A stretch of 62,860 bases of DNA from Octopus bimaculoides (Eukaryota), in contig NC_068990.1 of the NCBI RefSeq assembly GCF_001194135.2, forward strand, positions 81,882,098-81,944,957. Reading direction: 5' to 3'. This document shows, piece after piece, positions 50,155 through 62,860 of this stretch. The translations under genes and the position numbers were made by a program. Below the pieces are notes generated by a model that was not told the DNA's origin, did no database searches, and saw nothing but the letters and a program-made list of their open reading frames with translations. The first letter of the stretch is position 1. Each line of letters starts with the position of its first letter.

Positions 50155-51669
50155 ATGTATACATATATATAATATATATATTTTTATGTATATGTACATG
50201 ATATTGGAAAGTCATCTGAGATATATGTTTTATGATATTGTTTAGGATAATTTATTGTTGAAATTTTAAATTTGATTCTATGCTGAATCTGATGGAATAC
50301 AAGCACAAAATTCTGCCTGCTTTCAATGGACAGGAGAAATGATATTCTATGATGTTTGTACATTTTTAGGTGCATTAACGATGTAAGTGTTATGAAATGG
50401 CTATGAACCCTATTTCAAAACTGAGTTGTAAACTCAGCGTGCTTGTAGCTTACAACCTTGTATTTACACTTACAGACATAGTGTAATTAAGTTGCTTTTG
50501 TATCAGATTACAAATCTGATGCTATTCTCATTTCAAACACCAATTTGTTCTTTTATTTCCTGTCTCACATTGATGCTCATAATGTGTAATGTAATTTACA
50601 TTAAACTTTAGCCTTTAATTCATAACTTGCAAATCTGGTGTTCAGTCTCTGAGTTAATCTGGTTGTAACTAAGAGGTTATCTGATTAGCATTAAGGTCAT
50701 GTTAACTACCAAACATACACAAACACGTGCTTTGTTCAGCTTAGCATATGCAGTATTTGAAATAATCTAAGCTTTTCTCTGCATCTGTAATTTTGTAAAG
50801 GTATTGATTGTATTGACTCATCTCAGTATTGAATAATCTGCAAAGAGTTATGTCATTTATTCATAGGTAAATGTTTTCTTGCATTATCAAATTAGATTGT
50901 GTTCGATAATTTTTACATTGAATTTATATATATTTAAACTTTGTCTTACTAAAGCAATTTACTAAAACTTAAATGAAAAATGTGATTTGTGATTTTTATA
51001 TATTGGGCCATATGTAATACTTTATTACTATATATATATCTATCTATATATATATTTTTTTTTTTTCTGCACTTACTCACACATGCACACACTCCTTATT
51101 TGTTATGCATATACAAGACATCTCTAAGCAGGCTTTATGTTATAGAAATTTAAATTTTGTTGTTTTAATATTTCTATTGTACTTATGTAATTACTTAATT
51201 ATTTTGATGCAAAGACATTTGGGCTCCTCCTTGGCTGAGTAGGAAGACTTTACTTTATATCCCAAATGAAATTCAATTTATTCAGATCTACTTTATATGA
51301 TTTTATAAACATCTTTACCATTGTTTTATGTTTCCATGTTTCTATATTTTCTATAGAACTTCTGTATTTTGTTTTCCCTTCCCTCATTTTCTTTCATCTC
51401 ATCATCATTTTGTGTCTTTCATCACCAAAATCCTGCAAATGACCTTCACATTAGCATCACAGATGACGCTTTTAGTTGTATGCCCTTACCTCTGCACTAC
51501 CATAAAGTAGTAGTATTTATATTTACATGTTAGCATGTGTGAGTCAAAAGAGAGAGAGAGAGAGAGTGAGTGTATATGTGTGCACTATGTAATGTATGTA
51601 TGTTAACAGGGTAATATATTTTGGGCAAATTATTCTTCCTACCTTTTAGTTAGTTTTGTTTCTGCTCAT

Positions 51670-52060
51670 GATAGTGCATTCATCCCATGGCCTTATTTGC
51701 TCTGATTGTGCTGTGTTCTCGTTCAAAGATCTATTGGCACAACATTGACCATTTCCTGCCCTTATAATTGGCCTTCAGTTGGTCCAGATTTTTGAAGTAT
51801 AGGATTTCTATACACACTTTCTTTCAGATGATCCCACAAAAGGAAGTCTCAACAATTCAGATCAGGGCTCAGCACAGGCCATGGGTTCCGGTTTGGCAGA
51901 GAGAAGGACCAAACCTGCCGCTTCTCCTGCAGCCAACGGAGGCAAATGTCAACACTTTGAGGGATTACAACTTCCTGAATGAACCACAGACGAGCTTTTG
52001 TCAATGTCTATGTCTTCGTCTGGTAGCTGGCTAAAGCTTCCCTAATCATCACTTACATCT
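51670..52060 (-). mobile_element. Tc1/mariner transposase pseudogene fragment
   Basis: Minus-strand translation LWFIQEVVIPQSVDICLRWLQEK...NPWPVLSPDLNC*DFLLWDHLKESVYRNP corresponds to the degenerate WFQQD...WP-x-x-SPDLN-x-x-DF-x-LW motif. Confidence 0.88.
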
Positions 52061-54027
52061 ACCCTTCCGATGCCACTCAGTGTTGCTGTTATATTTGAAG
52101 AAGACTGGATATCTTATACAGCCTTAACTTAACTTAGTGCACTTAACACTATATATATATATATATAACCTTCTGCATGCTGAAGGAACATTATCGGTGC
52201 TCTTGTATTTGCAATGTCCCCCATTGTTCTTTAAATGGTGGTCGACATTTCTTTGCATTGTAAAGCATCCATTGTAAAAGTTTATTTAATTAATTTATGT
52301 GGAAGGTGTTACTTCATGGGGAACTTGATCTAGTAATCATGGACTAATATCTCCTTTATATATGCATATTTGTGATTTATTCTCATTAAAGTACCCTGTG
52401 AATTTGTATTCACTACAAAATACTTCAAAATAAATCAATATGAAACGAAAAAAAAAAAAGAGAAGAAAAAATGGTTAGACCAATTAAGTTCTTAGTATAT
52501 GTAGGTATTTGATGAATTAAGACACATTTGTGCACACACACACACACACACGCACATACATACATACATACATAAACAAACAAGCTGTGTATAATTTCCT
52601 GAATGCACATCATATCAATCATAGCTTGAAAAGTCATCATCAAAATAGCATTGATGGAGATAATAGTCCACAATTACAAAGATCAAAAGAAACGACCAAA
52701 AAAAAATAATAAAAATAAAGTAATAATACTCATCTTTTCATTAATTTTAAAATTTTTTCCTTTTTTTTTCTGTGTATGTATGCATCTTGGCTTTTTACAC
52801 CAAATATCTCAGAATTATGTTACAATATTTATGTTTTACAATCCAGAGTAAAATTTTGTAAAACTAGAATCTAGTTTTAGTTAGAATTTAGAAAATCCAA
52901 AGCAATAAATATTTATAAAAAAGAGAAAAAAAAAGAAAGAAAAAAAAGAAAGAGCTCGTTTGGTTTTATAATCTCACATTTGAGAAGCACAATGTTAACT
53001 AGTGATATATTTTTTATTTATTTTTGCAAATTTTGTTCTACTTTGAGTTTAGTGTTTATCTTTTGTCATCAATATTACCATTTCTTTTTTAACTGGTAAT
53101 CACAGATATCCTCATTCTCATTGAAAAGTTTTGCTAATGAGGTTAACAAAAGTAATGATTTTCTGTGGTGCTTTTATTATTATTTTTTTTTCTTTTGCTT
53201 ATCAGACTTCCTCCATTCCCATCCCAACCCCCTTCCCATCTCATAATCTTTCTATGGTTTGTTAATCTTGTATTTTTAATAATAGAAAGAAATCAGTTCT
53301 TGTTGGACTATTGTTGTCTCTATATATTTTTAATAAATGGAAGCTGTTAGTAATATTTATTGAAGAAAAAAGAAATTAAAGTTGTTTTGTAATATTTTAT
53401 GAAATAATGTTATGAGTTTCATTTATTTGAGATTATATTATTCAATTTATATGATTAACCATTACTTAATTCGTGAGCAATAAACTAAATTTTAATACAG
53501 ACCCTGCTTTATATCAATGTACAATTATTATTTAAATTCTCTCAGAACTGTTATTCTTTGATGATAACCATTTAAAATGGAGGCCAAAACATATCTTTGT
53601 GTAATGCAGATATTTGTAATTAAATAGTAAATGCAGTTGTGAGCTTTTGAAAAAAATTCATATTTCTAATTTTCTAATGCAACTTTATGTACATTTTCAA
53701 CAATTTTTTATATTCAAATAAAGCAAAAAAAAAAAAAAAAATGTAAAGAAAAACAGCAATACAAATAAACTTTCTTTTGAGTTCTGGTATGTTATCAATT
53801 TCGATTACTCCTCCCAGCTCCTCATTCAAATTATGTGTTCTCCTTTGTCCTGTACTGTGAAGATAGAGTTGGTTAAGGCCAAACAAAAACATTAGAAGAC
53901 ATACAGACCTAAAGTTGAAAATATGCTTTTAATTTAAAATTGTAGTTATATATTTTGATAGATGTATGTTTGAATTTGGATATTATTATTATTATTATTA
54001 TTATTAATCATTATTATTATTATCATT

Positions 54028-54464
54028 GGTGGTGGATTGGCTGAATTGTTAGAGTACCAGACAAAATGTTTTGTGGTATTTTTTCCAGCTCTTTGTGTTC
54101 TGAGTTCAAATCACACCACGGTTGACTTAGCCTTTCATCCTCTCAGGGTTGATAAAATAAGTACCAGTTGAGTACACTGGGGTCGAAGTAATTGACTTAC
54201 CACCTTCCCTAAAATTTCTGGCTTTGTGCCAGTATTAGAATTATTATTACCAAGGCAGTGTGCTGGCAGAATTGTGAGTGCATTGGACAAAATGCTTCAT
54301 AACATTTCTTCCAGCTCTTTTCATTCTGATCCACAAATCCTGCCAAGGTCACCTTCGCTTTTCTTTCTTTCGGGGGTCAAGGAAATAAAGTACTAGTTGA
54401 ACACTAAGGTCAATGTAGTCAACTTACTCTCTCTCTTCAAAATTGTTGGTAAAATTAGAAAACA

Positions 54465-54508
<44 letters not shown>

Positions 54509-55172
54509 TACTATTATTATTGTTATCATTATTATTAAGACAGCGAGCTGGCAGAATCATTAGCACACTAGACAAAATGCTTAGTAGTATTTCATCTGTC
54601 CTTACATTCTGAGTTCAAATTCTGCCGAGGTTGACTTTTGCCTTTTATCCTTTCTGGGTCGATTAAATAAGTACCAGTTATGCACTGGGTCGATGTGGTC
54701 GACTGTCCCCCTCCCGCAAATTTCAGGATGATTATTGTTGTTGTTGTTGTAAATTGGCAGAATCATTAGATTGTCAAACGAAATGCCATGTGGTATTTCT
54801 TCTGCCTTTTTACATTCTGGTTTCAAATTTCATTGAGGTCAACTTTGGCTTTCATTTTTTGGAGTTAATAAAACAAAGTGCCAGTCAAGTACTAGAGCCA
54901 ATAACATTAACTAACCCACTCTCTTTAAAACTTGCTGGCTTTGTGCCTAAATCAGAAACTCATTATTATTCTTACTTATTGTGATAGATTGGCAGATTCA
55001 TCAATTAGAGCATCAGACAAAATATATGCAATTGGTTTTGTCTCTTTACACTCTGAATTCAATTCCCACCATGGTCTACTTAGCCTTTCATCTTTCTGGA
55101 GTCGATAAATTAGAGTACTTGGGTCAAGTTAATCAATTAACTCAGTCCATCCCAATGTGTGGCCTTGTGCCA
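54028..55172 (+). mobile_element. Head-to-tail array of five SINE family B copies
   Basis: Heads (tggc-aga-at...ttag) at ~54028, 54251, 54538, 54750 and 54980, each followed by the gagttc/gactt/cctttcat/gtaccagt chain and separated by (ATT)n or (GTT)n spacers. Confidence 0.9.
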
Positions 55173-58100
55173 CTACTTCTAGGAGAGAGAGGGGAAAGGG
55201 TGGGAGAGAGAATAATTGCTAACACAGACAAACAAAAGAGTGTTACATTGGAATTTTTGAACTATAATATCTAATATTGATCTGATTTTCTCAAAAGGAA
55301 AAAAAATGTTTTATTTAATTATGGATTCAACCATGCATCCACTGAATTTTCTAATTGAAAAAAAAAAAATTGTTCTGGACAAGTTATTTTTCTTACCTGT
55401 TTGTGATATTTTGTAGCTCGTAAGGTGTCAAAAACTTTTGTCTCTGACAAAACTTCTTAACACTTAATAGTATACAAATACTAATTGAATGTGAATGTAA
55501 CAAACAATTTTTCTGTTTGTAAATTGTTATCATGGACTTTTTCATGCTGTTAAGTGTTATATATAGTTTCAATACATGACCTCAGTTACTTGACAAGCAA
55601 ATATATTACATTCCCTTTATATATATATACTTGTTTAAATTTGATTTATATTTCATAATTCCTTAAATAAATACCTTTCTTCTCAATATGGTTTAACAAT
55701 TCCTTTCTTACCGTACTTTATTGGGTTACAAGTCATTCTTAATTAGCTGCTAATTAGTGTACTCACACACATTTTTACATGGGTCAGTTATTGGCAGTGT
55801 TATTTATTGATTCATAGAGATACATACAGCACACACATACACATATATGTGTATGTGTGCATGTATAAATGTGTATATGTATGTGTATGTATATATATAT
55901 ATATATATATATGTATATGTGTGTGGATATATGTATACATATGTGCATATATATATGTATGTATGTATTCTGTTTGGGTTAAGGAATGACAATCATTTGA
56001 CATCATTATTTTATAATTTTATTTAGAATTGTTATTTATCAACTCTTTCATTGTGTCACAAACTAGTACTTTTCTAAGGTGTATGATTAAGGGCTTGTTC
56101 ATAATCCTCCTCCCTCTCCCCCCTCTCCCCTCTCTTCCCACTCTCTTCCCCCCTCTCTCATCTTGAGCTAATCAAAAATGTTATTGTCTTCTATTAGTGT
56201 TGGACAAATTGGTTGTGCATTATTATTGAAAGAAGTGGTTAAATGCTAAACTCCTATAGAAACAGTTCATTGGATTTGCAGAAAGCAATATGTTTTCTCA
56301 AATTTCAATATTTAATGAATGTAATAGATTTTTCTTTTTTTTTATGTATTTTTTTTTCATAGGAGTAACCACTTATCAATTGACTAGCCCCCTCCCTCCC
56401 TCTTTTCAGAAAGGACCACTTGCCTAGAAAAAAAGCAACAAAAACAAAGATACATTATTTAAATATCCATTAAATTCTATGGTACTTTGATAGCATTTAA
56501 GTCATCCTAAACCAGTTTACTGTTTTCACTTGAATCATGTTTGTTTCAAAAAAAACAAAAACAAAACAAAAAAACATAGTAAAACAAAAACAAAGAAAAA
56601 ATCCATCCTTAATTTTGTAAGAATATCTTTTCTGACATTGCTTCCATTTTATCTTTTGCTAAAGATATAATTCATATCTTTTTTATCTTTTTTTAAACTA
56701 TTCCTCCTTTCTCTCTTTTTTTTTATTTTCTTCAAATTTTGTTGGAGATATTTATAATTAATCTGGCCAATACATTCAATTTGATCTCAGTTTAACTCTG
56801 AAATTCCTGTTAAATTTTATAAACAAACTGTTTTAAATATTTTGCTTTTTATATTTCCAATAATTTCTCTAATGAGATTGTATGTGTTGAGCAGATGGTG
56901 GGAAGTTAACTATTTCTCTTCTAAAACTGCAATATTACTTAAAATTTTTTTTTTTTTAATGTAGAGTGGCAGGACTTCTATTCATTAAGCCTTCAATTAA
57001 TTAATCTCTCATATATTTATTGAAGACATTACACATTATCTGCCTTCCAACTTGAAAATAAAATCAATTTTGTTCAATAAAAAAATTATTTCTGAGACCT
57101 ATGCATTTTCGCTACAGAATATAATCAATACTTTTCTCTATTTTAGCTCTTTTTTTTTTTCAACCTACTTTTTCTCTCTCTCTCTTTCTCTCCCCCACTC
57201 CCTCAGGTTACTGGGACTTGGGGTAGGGTCCGTGATAATGTGGCATTGTTTGATCCTTATATTTGAAATATTCATGAGTTGTATTTGATTATTGTTTTGA
57301 GACAGTTGTACAAAATGTGCTTTCGCTTTCTTTAATACAAATTAAATAGATATATAACTCTGTTTGGGGAACAATTAAACATTTATCTATTCAAAGGAAG
57401 ATTCTTGTCTTTTTCCTTTTATTTTTGAAATCTTTCGCTTTTTTGAGAGACTTAAAGTAATGTTTGTTAAATTAAAACAATTTTTTTTCTCTTTAATTAA
57501 ATTCTTTATATCTGCTATCCATCATCAGTTACCAGCAAAGCTTTTCTTTTTTTCTCTCTACCCTGCTTTAATGTAATTCTTTAGTCTTTATTATATTGTT
57601 CTATAACTTTTAAATAATGGTTAACATTCTGCAACTATTTTCCACGATTAGAATTTTTAACTATAGTCCTGTAAATCATTCAAGATTACTGTTAAGATTT
57701 CTACACATGTGTCTATATTTGTCTGTACGATGTTTGTTTTCTATATATAATATGAATGTATATCTATGTATATATGTGTGTGAGTATATAATTATATATA
57801 CACATGTATATATGAATGTGGAGAAAGTAAGAGAAAGAGGGGCAAATTTGGAAAAGTGGCCATAAGATTATGGTAATGGGGGTGGTGGTGTATATACACA
57901 TGTCATGTATATATGTATATACATATATACATATGTGTGTGTATGTATGCATATATGTATGTATATACACACGTACATGTATAAAAAGATAAGTATCCAT
58001 GTTTGTGTGTGTGTTACATCTATGTATGCTTACATACATAAAATGTGCATACATTCACATAAAGTGATTTGTTTCCTTTTTCTTCCAATATTGTATTTTA

Positions 58101-58447
58101 GTTTATGGTTTTTTTTTTGTTACTTCATAAATTTACATTGAAATTTTGTCAGTGGAGTCTTACCGTTTAACAATTTTCAATATGTAGCTAAACTAAAAAC
58201 AATACAATCAATGTTAGAAATTGAATTTAGTAGTTTCAAAATTGTTGTCTCTTGCAACTAAAACGTGTTGCATAGTTTTACAAACTTAGTATCAAATGAT
58301 TTATCTAAGCATCCTGTAAACTGCCATCTACGTGCGTACACACACACACACATACACACATACACATGCAAGCCGATCTAGACGTTTTGTGTTTGTGTGT
58401 GTACACATACAGGTACATGCTCTTAAACGTGTGTCTGTATGTGTGTG

Positions 58448-58499
<52 letters not shown>

Positions 58500-61400
58500 T
58501 ACATACACACACACACATAAACATACACATTCACTCATTACGCACACAAGTTGTAAAATATTGTCTTTTATCAAATTGTGTTAGAATATTTGTGAATAAC
58601 ACTTGGTATAATTAAAATGCAAGTGTGGTACTAGCAGCTTTCAAGTGTCTAAAAACATTTGCCCTTTTTTTTTTAGTATGTGTTTAATTATAAAACAGTG
58701 GCAATTATGATGTGTTGTTTCCAATTGTTTTAGCAATGAAGTCAGACTTTAGAATATTCCAGTCTTATGATGTATATTCTAGAATTGTATTGATGTATGT
58801 TTAATAAAATTTAATTGAAATAGTCAGAAGGTTTTTCTCTTTATTTTTCTGTGTGTGTGTGTCTGTCTTTTATTAATTCATGTCTGTTTTGTGTGTGTGC
58901 ATGTAATATAGTTGTCTTTTGATCATTACTCTGCTGCTAGTTAATCTTATTTGAATTAATCCATATATAATTGAGCTGTAATAATCTTTTTTTTTTTTTT
59001 TTCATTATTGGGGGTGGAGCATAATGTATGCAAAGCTACATTGTCCACTGTGTCCTGGTGTGTGTGTGTGTTTTTTTTTGTTTGGTGGTGGTAGGGGTTT
59101 AAGACAGTAATATGTGATTTGAGGATGTTTGGTTGCTATTTCTAGCAGGTTAAGTGACACCATAATTCTCATATTGGTTAAACTATCACGCTTGTTCATC
59201 TTCAAGAAAGATTTCAGACCCGAATTTCATAAACCTATAAATCTTTTTATAAGAGAAGGTTGTGTGCAGTGACCCTTCTCCAAAAAATTATGGACACTTT
59301 TAGAAGGCATATTCACTTACTTTACTTTACTTCATGTATGTGTGTGTTTTCTTGATGAAAATCATTACAATTTTCCCTGGATTGGTGCTTCTTTAACCTT
59401 TCTTGACTATATTTCTGAAAAAATATCTATACCACTTTGAAATTATTAAAACTCATGCAGGATATAGTAAAATGTGTAACTCGTACATTATTAATGCTAG
59501 GTTTGGAGTAATAAGCAATGGTTTTTACATTAAATTATGATATAATAATTTAATCTATGAACATATTGAAACTAGAGGGTTTTGTTATAGAACTGGAGGT
59601 GCCTTAATGTAAGGTACTAATTGTTATAATATATATATGAAGCCTGACTTAGAGAATTTATAGAAAATCCTAAGTTTCAAGGATAGAGAAAACTCCTACT
59701 GGTTTGATAGTCTGCAATCTTTGTTCTCATTCTGTCTAGTATAAGCAATTTTTTCCCCTTATGCCTCTCATTAATGTTCCATTAATGCATGGAATCAATA
59801 TGATTTTGCATAATATTTAATTTAGCATTAATTCATTAATATTTTATTAATAACTTTACTTAATGCTGAGAATATTTCTTTTCCAGTTACCTTATAAATG
59901 TTTTTTCACGACATTGCTAATTGCCAATCTACCTAATTAATCTTCATTTTAATGCATAGTTGTTAAATTTAAGATCAAAGAATTTGGAAATACATTTTAA
60001 AGCTCTCTTTCCTCTTTCATTCTCTTTCTCACCATTCTATTGAAAAAAAAGTGACAGCTTCTATTATATAGATCTTCTTCTATGCTTAATCCTCTCTTGT
60101 TTATTTTGTTGTGGTGATTTTTGCTAACTAGAACTATAATCAGTTTAAGCCTCCCTTCATTTTAAATAGAGGAAAGGAATTGTGACATTCCTCTACTGCC
60201 AAATACCTTCCTCTTGAATTCTCTCAAGTTCACTGGAGTGGAAATAAAACTGGGTCTGTTGGGACTTCTAAAATAAGGTAGTGTTGCAGATGGAATGGGA
60301 TCTGACTTATTCAGAATGGAGATGGGTGTTATCTGATAGTATGTAAGTAAGCAGGTATCTTTTAGATGAAAGCTAACTTAAGTCTTATTTTTGACTTTAT
60401 CTAAAGTTATCTTACAGTTTTCGCAAATATTTTCTCACAGAAAATATTTGCCAACTAAATTAAATTTAAATTTGAGGTAGGGTTTCTATTTATCATTGAA
60501 ATTAAAGTGGTGTGCAGAATGTAAATTTCAGGATGTAGACCATACAGATTATCAGAGTACACAGCCACAATATAAAACTTGTTCCTCCACACACACCTTA
60601 TGTTAATTGCGAAGAAATACTTTGCCTGAGATGCTCTTAGAATCTTGGATTCCTAAATTATATTCCTATTCAACTTAATAGCATTATTTTATCACAAGTT
60701 AGCTCTATGTTGGAATATTATCTAACAGTATTTGTAAAGGATTTTAAGCTTTCTAGTGATATGAGGAGTCCTTTCTTGTTAAATAAACCTTTAGCTTGAA
60801 ATTTTTAAATATCCTTTCTTGTTTTATTTGCTTTCAAAACCTTTCAAGTTTGTGTCTGAATTTTTGCATGTGTTTATTTGGCAACATTTAAGTTTAATTA
60901 ATTATTCTCATGAATAATTCAGTTATAGTGAATGTTTAGAACCCAAAATTTGATAAAGGAATCTTTTGAATATATTTGATTTGTTTCCCGAAAGGGGGAA
61001 AAAAATGTGGTTTGGCATATCTCTGTTCTATTTCTTGTCTGTTTAGTGATGTTTATTAACAGTAAATCCAAATATTTAGAACCATCTAAGGACAACCAAC
61101 AACAGATGAATCCACTTTTGTCTAAGCCTGGAAGCAACAACATTGTTTTTTACTGTCTTTGTAATAAAAGTGCTGATGAGAGAGAGAGATGAGATGCAGG
61201 AACTATTTAGCATAGGAGAAATCTGTTGACTCATTTAATGAGTTCCCATACTATCATAGGTTGGATGAAGACATATAATCGAGGTGTTGTTTTACTGCTG
61301 GATGCTCTTCTCCTGTGCTAACCTTTACTTGTTTTTCAAGTAAGAGATATTTGATCCATTTGTTTTCTAAAGCACTGAACTTCAGGGCAGTTTGTCCACA

Positions 61401-62329
61401 GGGGTTTGTCATTGCTTTTGCTTCAGCAGTTTCATACAAGGACATTGAAGAAGGGGAACATTCCACATGGGAATAAAAGGAGCTAATTAGAAATATATTG
61501 AGAGAGATGGTATTGCATATTGCAATGAGCATGTCTGAGCATGTGGTTGTTGATAGTAATATGTAATTTCTGAACTATCTATAAAATATTTGGTGGGTAA
61601 CTGTGCTTTGAATTCTCTATCAATAAAAATGATTTTGAAATTAAATTGTGCGTGAGGTTACCATTGATTCATTGCTCTAAAATGTTAATGGTTAAAACAT
61701 AACCATTTTGTTTTTTTGTACTAGAGATGTGTTACAAGAGGTTCAATCGGTTACTCTTTACTGGACTGCAATGACTGTGAAGTTAAAGTAATAAATTACT
61801 AATCGCAGTTATGTTACAACCATTGTTTTGTTGTCTTAAGCTAAAGTACATTACTCCTTTTAGATCAGTTTGCCTAGCTGATAACTGAGTATATATTTAA
61901 CAGTCAGTCCAGCTGTAAAATATCTAAACATCTGCTCTAGCTGTATGTAAATATTCAAAATTGAAGGAAGGCTCCTTCCTTCACTTGACTGAGTTAGGAT
62001 ACTGTGGGGCAAAGAGGAATCTGATTTTTTTGAACTGCTCTTTCCCCATCAGAAAAATGAATTTTCAAAGAAAAAAAAATATATATCGGGATTTTTCAAG
62101 GATTTTAACAAAGTATTCAGCCAGGTCAAAACTGATCCAGCAACCCTGTGATTATGAGTATTCCCAACTTTATCTTACTTTCTTTTATTTCAATCTGTTT
62201 ATTTTGGACTACATTATCTAGTGGTCTTCTTTTTCACTCATATGGTATGCCATGTCACCACTTTGCAAGTGTCACAGCATGCTGAACAAATCAGCTCCAG
62301 TACCCCACTCTCCCCTTTTTTAATTGAAA

Positions 62330-62422
62330 GTTGGTACTTATTCTATTGGTCTCTCCTGGCTGACCTACTAAGTTATAGGGATATAAACTAACCAGCACTG
62401 GCTGTCAAGCAGTGGTAGTGGA

Positions 62423-62468
<46 letters not shown>

Positions 62469-62630
62469 TATACATTGTAGGCTTCCCTCAGTTTCTGTCT
62501 GCCAAACCCACTCCCAAGGCTTTTTTCAGCCCAGAAATGTAGTAGAAGACACTTGCTCAAGCTGCCATGCAGTGGGATTAAACCCAGAGCCATATGGTTG
62601 GGAAGCAGATATCTTAACAGTGTAGGCACG
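62330..62630 (-). mobile_element. SINE family A, older copy
   Basis: ggtacttattctattggtctc...gtcaagc...cagtttctgtctgccaaacccactc...gtagtagaagacacttgctcaag. Confidence 0.85.
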
Positions 62631-62654
62631 TGTGTGTGTGTATATATATATATA

Positions 62655-62775
62655 TATTCGAAACGTCTAGATAGAATAGAGACAGCTGATGAAGGGATAT
62701 TCCAAGTGGCTTTCCGTTTTCCTATGTGTTCGTTCCGTTGTCTGTAGTTTATTGTTCTAACGTCCTGTACCCTGA
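62655..62775 (+). mobile_element. Penelope-like terminal remnant
   Basis: ttcGAAACGTCtagatagaatagagacagCTGATGAagggatattcc; homologous to 9367-9412. Confidence 0.55.
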
Positions 62776-62860
62776 TATGCATGTATATACACATGTAGAT
62801 GTAAGTATGTACATATATGTGTGTATACATGTATATATATTCTTTGTATTATATATATAT

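Noticed and set aside
51828-52034. Plus-strand exon-like segment after ctttctttcag| (phase-1 reading DDPTKGSLNNSDQGS...)
   Set aside because: The minus strand encodes an unmistakable Tc1/mariner WPxxSPDLN..DF.LW motif; the plus-strand openness and higher GC are by-products.
53674-53892. Minus-strand ORF with purine-rich, exon-like middle (NEELGGVIEIDNIPELK)
   Set aside because: No good donor, runs into poly-T, and no homology recognised.
1311-62830. Dozens of ORFs rich in YI/HT/CV/ER/LS dipeptides, and ORFs spanning X runs
   Set aside because: They are translations of (TA)n, (CA)n, (GA)n microsatellites, SINE interiors or N-gaps; no coding signal.

Overview
This is AT-rich eukaryotic genomic DNA, dense in (TA)n/(CA)n/(AAT)n microsatellites, with six N-gaps. 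It is dominated by tRNA-headed SINEs, Tc1/mariner and TTAA-type MITEs, Penelope-like termini and a decayed RTE LINE. The repeat repertoire is what I associate with octopod cephalopods (Octopus sp.); that is inference, not a database result. Only one convincing protein-coding exon is present (16111-16489, +). It encodes a signal peptide fused directly to a fibronectin type-III domain resembling the first FN3 repeat of LAR-type (type IIa) receptor tyrosine phosphatases, without the Ig domains that normally precede it. The rest is best read as intronic or intergenic sequence, and nearly all other ORFs in the track are translated microsatellites or transposon debris. There are no CRISPR arrays, rRNA genes or true tRNA genes. 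The most notable points are the Ig-less LAR-like exon and its possible alternative splice configurations, hammerhead-like motifs in Penelope-like termini, and the modular, tandem and inverted SINE architecture. I see no clear evidence for a wholly new biological system. Repeat boundaries are approximate (by eye) unless TIRs or TSDs are quoted.
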